Of a stretch of 64,000 nucleotides of DNA, positions 53,474 through 62,215 are shown in pieces. Positions within the stretch are counted from its first letter, which is position 1; each line of letters starts with the position of its first letter. The notes under the pieces were generated by a model. The model was given only the letters and a program-made list of their open reading frames with translations. It did not search any database and had not been told where the DNA came from. The translations under genes and the position numbers were made by a program. The stretch is from Acidimicrobiales bacterium (GTDB lineage Bacteria; Actinomycetota; Acidimicrobiia; Acidimicrobiales; SZUA-35), in the NCBI GenBank assembly GCA_965216355.1, contig CBDCFR010000012.1, forward strand, positions 1,017,065-1,081,064, given 5' to 3'.

Positions 53474-56400
53474 TTACGCTAACAAGTCGAGCAACGTGGT
53501 CGCTAGCTCCTGCAATTGCTCCCGTCTCTTCTTGTTGACGGCATTGATCCGGTTGGTCAACTTGCCGGTGCCACCGCAGGCGTTCATCAACAACTGCTCG
53601 GCCACGTCGATCTGGTCGATCGCGTTGTCGGCCAGGCGGAAGAAGTAGGCCTTACTGCCCGGTACCGGGCGACCGTTGCGCAAGTGGGTCAACAAACGAT
53701 CGCGAAGCTTGATCGATCGACCGACGTACCAGCCACCACCACCTCGGGTGTCTTGATAGAGGTAGAGGCCCGGCGTGTTGGGCACTACGGCACCAAGGGC
53801 GGCGGTGAACACGAAGTCGGCCGCCACCTCGGCGAAGATCGTGGCCGTCAGCGAACCTTGGGTACATATGGCCGGGGCCGACTTAGTGCTGTTCTTCGTG
53901 GTGGCGCCATACTCGGCCGCAGCGGCCAGACCGGACGGATCGCTCAGAACCGTCGGGCTGTTGCTGGAGTAGACGTAGCCGTTGATAGCCGGGATCGGAT
54001 CCTCGCTGATGAATCGGCCGATGCTCGGGTCGTAACCTCGGGCGAACGACAGGCTAAGCCCGGCGTCACTGGCTTCGATGCCGTGCCAGAGATCGATCCC
54101 ATCTGGGGCGACAGTGCCGACCGACTCACCAAATACGGTGTGGCGATAGCGGTCGACCAGCGATCCGGCATCGTCGGTGGCGGCGATGACCGTGCCGGCC
54201 TGGTCGATGACCGGGAACACGGTGCCCGACGCATCGGTGAGGCTGAGCACGGCGCTCAGCTGCGGGGCCTGCACCAGACGGGCGTCAAGGGCGCCACCAC
54301 TGTCTTCGACGATGCGCTTGTTCAGGCCGTCATAGGTGATCCAGCGGCTGTTGCCGTTGACCTCCTCCGACACCCGGCGACCAAACGGGTCGTAGCCAAA
54401 CGTGGCCGACGTTCCGTCGGTTCCACTCACCGAGATCAGGTGACCGGCGGCATCCCAGCTGTAGGTGGTGACCACGCCCGACGCATCGTCGGTACGGCTG
54501 ATGAGCCGGCCCTCGTCGTCGTAGACGTACTGGGCGGCTCCGTCGGCCAACAAGCGGTTGGCATCATCGTAGGATGCATCACCGAGGGCCGTGCCGTCCC
54601 AACTGGTGCGGTTACCGGCATCGTCGTAGGTGAACGACTCGTCGGTGTAACCGACGCCGTCGGGATGATCGACGCCGGTGACCCGACCCACGGAATCGTA
54701 GGTGATGGTGTGGGCACCGTCGTCGTCGGTGATCACCGACGGCAATCCGGCGGCGTTGTAGGTGAAGCTCTGCGACGCCACACCCGGGGTGTTGAGCGAG
54801 GCGAGATTGTCGCCGTCGTAGACCGCCGTGGTGGTTACACCGTTCGGGCGATCGACGGTCTCCACCCGGTAGCCGTCATCGAAGCCGAACACGAACTGTC
54901 CGACCACGCTGTCGGCGATGGTCTCCACGTCGCCACGACCGTTGTACGTGTAGGTCGTGGTGCCGTAGGGATCGCTGACCGACTGCACCCGGCCGGCCGA
55001 GCTGACGTCGTAGGTCAACGTCGTGCCGCCGGTCGGGTCGGAAATCGGAGCAACCGTTTCGCTACTCAAGTTGCCTGCGGCATCCCAGGTGAGGGTGACG
55101 ATCGCCGTGTCGTTGGCCGCGGTCAAGACGTTGCCGAGCGAGTCGTAGGTGTAGGTGGTGACCACACCATCGGACCCGGTGCGGGTGAGCGGTTCGCCGT
55201 TGGCGTTGTAGGTGAACGACGTGGTCGCGCCGTCGCGGTCGGTGAACTGCTCGACTCGTCCGGCGTCGTCGTACACCAAGGTGCGGGTGCGACCCAACGG
55301 ATCGGTCATCGACGTCAACCGGTCGTAGTCGTCGTAGACCATCGTCGAGGCGTTGCCGAGCCCGTCGACCACCCTGGTCACGTTGCCGACATCGTCGTAG
55401 TCGTAGCCGACGGTGGAGCCGTCGGGCGTTGTGACCGAAAGGGTTCGACCGGCGGCGTCGTTGACGTACGTCGTGGTGCCGAGCGGGGTGGCTATCGAGT
55501 TGATGTAGCCGCCCGAGTCGTAACCGTAGGTGGCGGTGATGCCGTCGGTGTCGGTGGTGGAGGTGAGGAAACCGGACGTGTCGTAATCGAACGTGGCCCG
55601 CCCGCCGTCGGCGTAGTCGACCGCCGTGCGGTTGCCCGCCGTGTCGTACTCGTACTCCTCCTCCAGCACACCGTTGACCGAAACCGACGTCGGGAAGCCG
55701 AGGCTGTTGTAGGTCATCTCGGTGGTCACGCCGTCGGGATCGACGTGGAGAAGGATCTCACCCTTCGGCCCGTAGTCGACCTCGCTGCGACCACCGCTCG
55801 GGTCGATCGTTACCGTCCGCCGGTCGAGATCGTCGTACTCGTAGCGGTAGGTCCTGGTCTGACCATCGAAGATCTCATCGATCTTGATCGTGTTGCCACG
55901 ATCGTCGAACGTCTGGATCGTAGTGAGACCGGGATCGGGCCCGATGTAGGTTTCGGTGCGGGCATCAGGATCAATGTCGACCGAGACCGTGTTGCCTTCG
56001 CCATCGCTGATCGTTTCGAGACGACCGTCGGCGCCGTAGGTCATGGTCTGGATCGGCGGTGCTCCGGCCGCACCCCAGCCGGTTAGGAAATGGCCGGATG
56101 CATATGTGAGTTCGGCCACAACACCGTTGGGGTCGGTGACGTTTACAAGATCACCGGCTCCGTCGTAGTCGTAGGTGACCACGGCTCCGTCGGGGCCGGT
56201 GGCCGAGCTGATACGACCCTGGCCGTCGCGCACGAAGTCGAGACCAGGTCCCGTCGACGACTGGATGCCGTTGGCGGTGAAGGTAAGCGTGTTGCCGTTG
56301 CGGTCCTCCACCTTGGTCAGGCCGACGCCAACCTGAAGCGTGTACTTGATGCCCGCCTGATCGGTAAGCACGAAGACATTGGGGTCATAGAGGCCACCGC

Positions 56401-59400
56401 TGCCGAACAAGCCGCCGTAGAGGTTGCCATCGCCGGTGAAGAAGAGACCGTTGTCGGGGGCGATCAGCGTTGAGGTGGCGCCGGATCGACCGGTGAACTC
56501 GGCCTGGGTCAGGCCCGACAGGAATGTCGAACCCTCAGCCGGAGTGAGATCGAACGTCTCGACCCGTCCGTCGGGCCAGGTGACCGTGACAAAGTGCGGA
56601 CTCAGTGAGTCGAAACACAACGGCACGAAAATCAAGCCGCCGCCGCACTGGAACATGGTCCAGCCGCCTTCGCCGAGCGGCCCGTTTGTGGCCACCCGGA
56701 AGTCGGCGATGTCGACGTTCCAGCCGTGACCGAAGTCGCCCGATTGGAACCGCTCCAGGGAGTCGTAGGTGCGGAGGACCTGAACGTCGAATCCGGAGAT
56801 GTTGAAGTTGAGATCTTGGAAGGTGGTGCTAAACCGTCCGTACTTCAGCTGACCTTCGACGATCACCTCGGTTTCGGTGAACGACGTGCCGCCGCCGCTT
56901 GAGGTGGCTTCGATGCGGATGATCCATAGGCCGTTGCTCACGGAGGTGGGATCGAACTCGCCGAGGTCGGCTGGTGGTTCACCGGTGCCGGAGGCCACGA
57001 CGAGTCCTGCCGATGGATCGCCACCGTCGGGATAGGCGATGACCTGCCAGCTCTCGATGGTTTCACCGTCGGGAGGAGCGACCGAACCTGAGATGGTGAT
57101 GGGCTCCGACGCCACCGTGCCCGACTCGGGGGAAACGGCGTCGTAGGTGGGCGCTGGGCCGCCGCCTCCTCCACCGCCGCCCCCACCGGGGCCGGGGAAG
57201 ACCGGGATCGATGTCGGGTCGTTCTCCTCCGAGGAGCTCGGGTCGTCTGTCGGGACGGCAGTCAATCCGTCGACGGCAACGATGCCCTGGAGAACGATCG
57301 CCTCGACCCCCGCTGGGAATGGGGAGTCGATGACCACGTCGAAGGTCACCGTGGCTGTGGTGCTGGGAGCCAGCGTGCCCACGTCGACCGTGGCCATGCT
57401 GTCGCCGGCGGTGTTGCCACCGCTCACGGAGCCAACGTCGGTGGCCACGGATCCGATCACGAGGGCCGAGTTGCTGTCGGGAGTGTAGGACGCCGAGACG
57501 TTCTCGGCATCACCGCCACCCTCGTTGCTGATCTCGCTGGTGTAGGTGACGGTGTCGCCCGGGCTGGGCACGCCGTTACCGTCGGCGTCAACCGACAGCG
57601 ATCCGCTCAACGTGGCGTACACCACGGGGATCGGGAGGCTGACGGTGGTGACGGTGGGATCGCCGTTCCCCGGCACCGCCGGGTCGTCGGTGACGAGGTC
57701 GGGCAACTCGGCTGATGCGATTGTGCCCTGGGTGGTAAGCGTGTTACCGCCCTCGGGGAACGGATCGGCGATCACCACATCCCACTGAATGGTGGTGGTT
57801 GAGTTGCCGGCAACCGTTCCTACATCGACCGAAACAGGGGACTCCCCCGAAACCGAACCGTTTGAGGTTGTTACCGAACCGCCGACCACGGGTCCGTTGG
57901 CATCGACCGGGGCCTCGAAGGCAACCCCGGTGATAGCCTGGTCGCCGCTGTTGGTGATCGTGGCGGTGTAGCGGAGAGTGTCTCCCGGGGAGATCAGGCC
58001 GTCGCCATCGCTGTCAACCTGTAGCGAGTCGGTCAGTACTGCCGACACGTCGGCGGCCGTCGCCACATCGGTGACCACCGTTGAACCGAGCGGACCGTAA
58101 ACGTTTCCGTTGCCGTCCTGCCAGGTGGCCTCGGCACGATTGGTGAGGGGATCGCCATCGCTGTCGGACGGGATCAGATGGTCGACCGAGAGTTCCGAAA
58201 CGCCGGAGGCGGCCAGTGAAGTAGGTGCACCGTCAACCGTGAGGGCCACACCGTCGAGCTCATCGCTGACGGCCAGCGACTGGGCGGTCACCGAACCAAG
58301 GTTGTTGAGGGTGATGTCCCACTCCACCAGATCACCGGCATTCGCCGACGTCGGGCCGGATTTGTCCACCGACACCACGGGAAGCTGTTCGGTGGTGATC
58401 ACAAACATCTGGGGCGCCACCAGCTGGCCAACACCACCGGTGCCACGGGCGAATGCCGAGCTGGCGAGAGCGTCGCCGTCGGCAGCCAGCAACCTGGTGA
58501 GGTAGGCGGAGTCGGACTCACCGTCGGCTCGCTCCGCCACCACGGGCACGACCACGGCGTCGTTCAGCGTGATCGAGTCGCCCGGCTCAAGAATCGCTAG
58601 CCCGGCGTCGGTCGTCGAGTCGCGGAACGCCGGGTCGCCGACCGGCAAGGTCTGGGTGACGTTGAGGTCGGAGATGTCACCCGATAGAGCACGCAATCGG
58701 TCGATGAAGTCGGTACCGAACCGGAACGTGCGGCGAATCTGTACGTCCGACGGGGTCAACTCAAAGTCCACTCGGTTACGGATGCCGCCAACCTCTGCCG
58801 GATCGAGCAGCATGTCCACCTGGGCCGGGTCGAGATCCACCAGGGTCTGATAACCCCAGGTGGCGAAGCCGCCAGGATCGATCACGGTGCCGAGCAGGGC
58901 ATCACCGGTCGATGGGTACGACACCCCGGCAAACGGGTTCTGCTGGAAGGCAACGTCGGCCCCACCTACGGTGGGAAGCGGATCGATCGGGGTGTAACCG
59001 GACGCGGCGGCTGACGCCGACGCCAATGGCTCCCAGGCTCCAGTGGCGATTGAGAAGTATTCCAGTTGGTAGGCATACGACTGGACCGTTGCCGGTGACG
59101 AGTCGACGTTTTCGAGACCCACCACACCAGGCACTACCAGAAGGGCGCCGTCGTTGCTGATGGTCAGGTCGTAAGCGATGCCATCGCCGGGGAGGGCATT
59201 TTCCTTGTCGGCCAGCAACTCAAGGTTGAGTTCGGGGACAACCACCGGGTCGGCCACTGTGGACGTTGGCCGCCCGCAGTCAGCACCCCGAAGCTCCAAT
59301 CCGCTGCCCGACAGATCGATGGTGTCGCCGAGCACACCGCAGAAGAATCGATTGTCGGAACCCGAGATGGTGACCTCACCGTCGCCGGCAAAGATGACAC

Positions 59401-62032
59401 CGAGGAACTTGGAGTTCGAAGCCGAGATTTCGATGGCCTTCTTGCCATCGGCACCACTCAAGAACAGGAGACCGTCGTAGTACGGCTCGAATGCAGGGCG
59501 AGAGCCACCGACGCTGATCACGCCGGTGGCCACCAACGTGACGCGTCCGCCGATGTTTGACCCGTTCAGGTGCACATCACACGGGGCGTAGTACACCCCG
59601 TCGCCCAGTACTTCCTGGTTGAGGTGCCACTCGCCGCCGACGCAGTCGTTGGTGCGATCGAAGTAGCGGTCACCAACCTGTACGGCAATCGGACCACCCG
59701 GCTCGTAGTCGGCGACGTCGAACGTGATCGGGTAGTCCTCGACCGAAACCTGCGTGGCCGCCGGGTCGAAGGTGTGTTCACCTTCAAGTACCAGTGATCC
59801 TACGTATTCGGTGCCGCCAAGTATCGACTTGGGATCACCGGTGAGTCGGATGTCGTTATTGCTGTGGGCTCGACCCTCGATGATGCCGGAGCCTCCGGTC
59901 CAGTCGAGTGTCTTCTTGACCTTGTCGTTGTTGGCCCAGACCGCGACCGGCTCGGCCACCACCAGCGATCCGATGGTGTCGCTCGACTGACCGCCGTCGT
60001 CGTCGATGACTGTGACCACAACTTCGTAGGTGCCGGAGCTCTCGTAGATGTGGGAGCCGAAAATGGTGCCCCATCCGGCGCCGTTGGCGCTGACCGTGAC
60101 CGGGACGGCGCCGCTGCCGTCACCCCAATCGATGGTTGCCTCGTGCACGTCGAGCCAGCCGACGTCGGTGAAGTTGGCCGTGATCAGGGTTACACCTCGA
60201 GCGGAGGCTTCCTGTGAGTCGGCGACAACAATCGGGTCGACGTTCGTGACGGTAATCGTCACTTCGTCGCTGTCGGTGAGGCCGGTGACGCTCAGTACTT
60301 CGAGCTCGAAGGTGTATGTGCCGTCATCGATGGCCAGGAACGTCGGCATCTCGGCGGTGGCCGAAGACAGCACGATGGGTGGACCGACCGAGTTGATGAG
60401 AGTCCACCGGTAGCTCAGGTCGCCTTCGAGGTCGGTTACGAGTGAGCAGGTGGTGACCGACGACTCGCCGCCTTGATCGGATCCGGTCACCGTCAGGCAG
60501 ACCTCATGAACACCGGGGCCAAGCGGTGGGATCTCCACGGCCACATCGGCCGAGGCGGGGCCACCGGTAGGCAGCGGCGGATCGACCTGGTCGGAAATGT
60601 CGATTGGGTCGCCGCCATCAATGGTGAGAGAAGCCGAGAGGATCTGTGAGCCAACAAGCCCGGGCAGGATGTCGGGCAGCGAGCCGACATCGGGCACGTT
60701 GGTACAGGTGCCGCCCGATCCGTCGGCGATGTCTTGAAGCTTGGCGTTGGTGGCACCGGCGGTGCAGTTGGCACCAGCCCCGATAGCGAAGGTGTGGAAC
60801 GTGACCGGCGGGTCGCAGGGAAGCAGGCCGGTCACCGGTCCGCCGCGTGTGGCGACGCCGTCGGAGATGAACGCCGCCAACTTCGTGGGCGCGGTGCTTC
60901 CGGCCAGTAGGTTGCAGGCGGCGTTGACGGCGGCCGCGAAGTTCGTGGCACCAACCGGACGGAGTCGGCGTAGTTCTTGCTCGAAATCGAGAACGCCGTT
61001 GTCGTCGGCGTCAGCGTCAGGCGCGATTAGTGAGGCGAACCCGCTGGTGGGGTCGAGGTCGCGCGAGTTAGCGCCGGAGGCGAAGGTGACGAGGCCAACC
61101 TCAGCCACTGTTCCCGATTCCAGCACTTCGGCGTGAAGTTCGAGCGCGGCCGCGATCTCACAGTCGATAATGCGGTTGGCTCGACCATCGTTGTTTTGGT
61201 CGCCACCGCAGCCGCCCGTAAACCCGGCACTGCCGGAAAGATCCAGCACATAGGCCAGCGCTGTGTCGGGCTCCGACGCACCCTCGCCAACCGTGATTGA
61301 GCCGCCGAGCACGGGGGCTCCGCTCGATTGGTCCAAGGTGGAAAGCGCGGCAGTCAGATTGGTTCCGCCCGGAAGGTTGCCGGTTTCCTCGGACGGGATC
61401 AGTCCGAAGGCTCCGGGGTCGGATGATCCGGAAGCGTCCAGTTGAACGGTGCTTCCCTCGGGAACACTCTGGTCGGCGCCGGCTACGGCTATCGGCGGCT
61501 GGGCCCCGACAACGGGATCAGGGTCGGGATCGGGGTCGGGTGGCGGCTCCGGAGCCACTCCGCCGGTGAAACGGAAGACGTTGTCGTCGTAGTCTCGGTC
61601 GCCGCCACCAAACAGATCCTCGAACCCCACGATGGCCGTGTCATCGTCAATGAAGTCGACTTGGGCGTGGATCAGCCCATCGGGGTTTCTATCAGCCGGT
61701 CCGATTCGGAATTCGTTACCCCGCACCCGGATCCCGAAGATGAGTTCAGCTCCGACCGGGTACGGCCCGATCTCAACCACAGTGCCAACCTGGCGGTTTG
61801 TGGCGATGAACACTTCGGGCTCGGGTTCAAGCAGAAACAGCTCACTGGTAAGCCCGGCGGTGGCGGGAAGAACTTCGATCTGGATGGTGCCGCCGGTTGA
61901 ATACAGCTGCCCTCCGAGTATCGGTTCAGCCGCCGCCGGCGTGGGCGCGACCGCGATTGGGACGACTATGGACATCACCAAAGTCATCACTAACGCGACA
62001 AGAAGACGGACATTCGAGGTCGTCGATTTCAC
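53474..62032 (-). CDS. Secreted RHS/YD-repeat polymorphic toxin (DUF4114 - PKD/vWA - DUF11-like repeats - poly-Gly - RHS shell - GIY-YIG nuclease tip)
   Basis: The ORF opens at TTG 62095. GTG 62032 has AGAGGG upstream and gives the signal peptide VKSTTSNVRLLVALVMTLVMSIVVPIAVAPTPAAA. DUF4114 motif VGFEDLFGGGDRDYDDNVFRF; vWA MIDAS motif VLDLSGS; PKD-like WGDGSG...GTYEVVVTVIDDDG. Dozens of YD repeats (e.g. TYTYD..GN, YDDAGR..). The core ends at NSPTVLSDPSGL. Confidence 0.92.
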   Translation of the reverse strand: MKSTTSNVRLLVALVMTLVMSIVVPIAVAPTPAAAEPILGGQLYSTGGTIQIEVLPATAGLTSELFLLEPEPEVFIATNRQVGTVVEIGPYPVGAELIFGIRVRGNEFRIGPADRNPDGLIHAQVDFIDDDTAIVGFEDLFGGGDRDYDDNVFRFTGGVAPEPPPDPDPDPDPVVGAQPPIAVAGADQSVPEGSTVQLDASGSSDPGAFGLIPSEETGNLPGGTNLTAALSTLDQSSGAPVLGGSITVGEGASEPDTALAYVLDLSGSAGFTGGCGGDQNNDGRANRIIDCEIAAALELHAEVLESGTVAEVGLVTFASGANSRDLDPTSGFASLIAPDADADDNGVLDFEQELRRLRPVGATNFAAAVNAACNLLAGSTAPTKLAAFISDGVATRGGPVTGLLPCDPPVTFHTFAIGAGANCTAGATNAKLQDIADGSGGTCTNVPDVGSLPDILPGLVGSQILSASLTIDGGDPIDISDQVDPPLPTGGPASADVAVEIPPLGPGVHEVCLTVTGSDQGGESSVTTCSLVTDLEGDLSYRWTLINSVGPPIVLSSATAEMPTFLAIDDGTYTFELEVLSVTGLTDSDEVTITVTNVDPIVVADSQEASARGVTLITANFTDVGWLDVHEATIDWGDGSGAVPVTVSANGAGWGTIFGSHIYESSGTYEVVVTVIDDDGGQSSDTIGSLVVAEPVAVWANNDKVKKTLDWTGGSGIIEGRAHSNNDIRLTGDPKSILGGTEYVGSLVLEGEHTFDPAATQVSVEDYPITFDVADYEPGGPIAVQVGDRYFDRTNDCVGGEWHLNQEVLGDGVYYAPCDVHLNGSNIGGRVTLVATGVISVGGSRPAFEPYYDGLLFLSGADGKKAIEISASNSKFLGVIFAGDGEVTISGSDNRFFCGVLGDTIDLSGSGLELRGADCGRPTSTVADPVVVPELNLELLADKENALPGDGIAYDLTISNDGALLVVPGVVGLENVDSSPATVQSYAYQLEYFSIATGAWEPLASASAAASGYTPIDPLPTVGGADVAFQQNPFAGVSYPSTGDALLGTVIDPGGFATWGYQTLVDLDPAQVDMLLDPAEVGGIRNRVDFELTPSDVQIRRTFRFGTDFIDRLRALSGDISDLNVTQTLPVGDPAFRDSTTDAGLAILEPGDSITLNDAVVVPVVAERADGESDSAYLTRLLAADGDALASSAFARGTGGVGQLVAPQMFVITTEQLPVVSVDKSGPTSANAGDLVEWDITLNNLGSVTAQSLAVSDELDGVALTVDGAPTSLAASGVSELSVDHLIPSDSDGDPLTNRAEATWQDGNGNVYGPLGSTVVTDVATAADVSAVLTDSLQVDSDGDGLISPGDTLRYTATITNSGDQAITGVAFEAPVDANGPVVGGSVTTSNGSVSGESPVSVDVGTVAGNSTTTIQWDVVIADPFPEGGNTLTTQGTIASAELPDLVTDDPAVPGNGDPTVTTVSLPIPVVYATLSGSLSVDADGNGVPSPGDTVTYTSEISNEGGGDAENVSASYTPDSNSALVIGSVATDVGSVSGGNTAGDSMATVDVGTLAPSTTATVTFDVVIDSPFPAGVEAIVLQGIVAVDGLTAVPTDDPSSSEENDPTSIPVFPGPGGGGGGGGGGPAPTYDAVSPESGTVASEPITISGSVAPPDGETIESWQVIAYPDGGDPSAGLVVASGTGEPPADLGEFDPTSVSNGLWIIRIEATSSGGGTSFTETEVIVEGQLKYGRFSTTFQDLNFNISGFDVQVLRTYDSLERFQSGDFGHGWNVDIADFRVATNGPLGEGGWTMFQCGGGLIFVPLCFDSLSPHFVTVTWPDGRVETFDLTPAEGSTFLSGLTQAEFTGRSGATSTLIAPDNGLFFTGDGNLYGGLFGSGGLYDPNVFVLTDQAGIKYTLQVGVGLTKVEDRNGNTLTFTANGIQSSTGPGLDFVRDGQGRISSATGPDGAVVTYDYDGAGDLVNVTDPNGVVAELTYASGHFLTGWGAAGAPPIQTMTYGADGRLETISDGEGNTVSVDIDPDARTETYIGPDPGLTTIQTFDDRGNTIKIDEIFDGQTRTYRYEYDDLDRRTVTIDPSGGRSEVDYGPKGEILLHVDPDGVTTEMTYNSLGFPTSVSVNGVLEEEYEYDTAGNRTAVDYADGGRATFDYDTSGFLTSTTDTDGITATYGYDSGGYINSIATPLGTTTYVNDAAGRTLSVTTPDGSTVGYDYDDVGNVTRVVDGLGNASTMVYDDYDRLTSMTDPLGRTRTLVYDDAGRVEQFTDRDGATTSFTYNANGEPLTRTGSDGVVTTYTYDSLGNVLTAANDTAIVTLTWDAAGNLSSETVAPISDPTGGTTLTYDVSSAGRVQSVSDPYGTTTYTYNGRGDVETIADSVVGQFVFGFDDGYRVETVDRPNGVTTTAVYDGDNLASLNTPGVASQSFTYNAAGLPSVITDDDGAHTITYDSVGRVTGVDHPDGVGYTDESFTYDDAGNRTSWDGTALGDASYDDANRLLADGAAQYVYDDEGRLISRTDDASGVVTTYSWDAAGHLISVSGTDGTSATFGYDPFGRRVSEEVNGNSRWITYDGLNKRIVEDSGGALDARLVQAPQLSAVLSLTDASGTVFPVIDQAGTVIAATDDAGSLVDRYRHTVFGESVGTVAPDGIDLWHGIEASDAGLSLSFARGYDPSIGRFISEDPIPAINGYVYSSNSPTVLSDPSGLAAAAEYGATTKNSTKSAPAICTQGSLTATIFAEVAADFVFTAALGAVVPNTPGLYLYQDTRGGGGWYVGRSIKLRDRLLTHLRNGRPVPGSKAYFFRLADNAIDQIDVAEQLLMNACGGTGKLTNRINAVNKKRREQLQELATTLLDLLA
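53477..53926 (-). other. Variable C-terminal toxin module of the RHS protein: GIY-YIG (URI) nuclease domain (last 150 aa)
   Basis: After DPSGL comes PGLYLYQDTRGGGGWYVGRSIKLRDRLLTHL. This aligns residue for residue with the UvrC-type GIY-YIG pattern PGVY.m.D..G...YVGKa..L+.R..sy. Downstream are the conserved Glu and Asn (VAEQLLMNA...LTNRINA). Confidence 0.75.
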
Positions 62033-62215
62033 CGGAATCCCTCTGTGGTGGTTGCGGGGGCGATATGTCGGCCAACACCTTAATTGAAACGTCAAACAAC
62101 TACCAATTGATGCTGCAGGAAGGATCTATGAACAGACTCGCCAGACTCTAACCGCCATCCGTTCTTGCGGCTCAACCCCCCGAAATACCCGTTGAATCAC
62201 AACTACGATGGCGAT

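Noticed and set aside
53516-56086. 856-aa plus-strand ORF antisense to the RHS gene, plus smaller antisense ORFs up to 62151
   Set aside because: This is a shadow frame of the YD-repeat region. It is G/R/V/D-rich with no recognisable domain, while the opposite strand encodes unmistakable RHS repeats.
57148-57195. Poly-Gly coding tract as a slippage-prone contingency (phase-variation) locus
   Set aside because: The DNA uses mixed Gly codons (plus strand ..gccgccgcctcctccaccgccgcccccacc..). It is not a homopolymer or perfect short repeat, so strand slippage is not specifically favoured.
49850-62032. Assigning the RHS locus to a T6SS or T7SS delivery system
   Set aside because: There are no VgrG/PAAR/Hcp, Esx/WXG100/EccC or Tc-toxin partner genes anywhere in the window. 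Only a Sec-type signal peptide is supported.
62128-62151. 7-codon mini-ORF MNRLARL with AGGAAGGA upstream, in the RHS/pentapeptide intergenic region
   Set aside because: It is too short to support from sequence alone. It is also the tail of an antisense-frame ORF (61897..62151). It could be a leader peptide, but I have no evidence for that.
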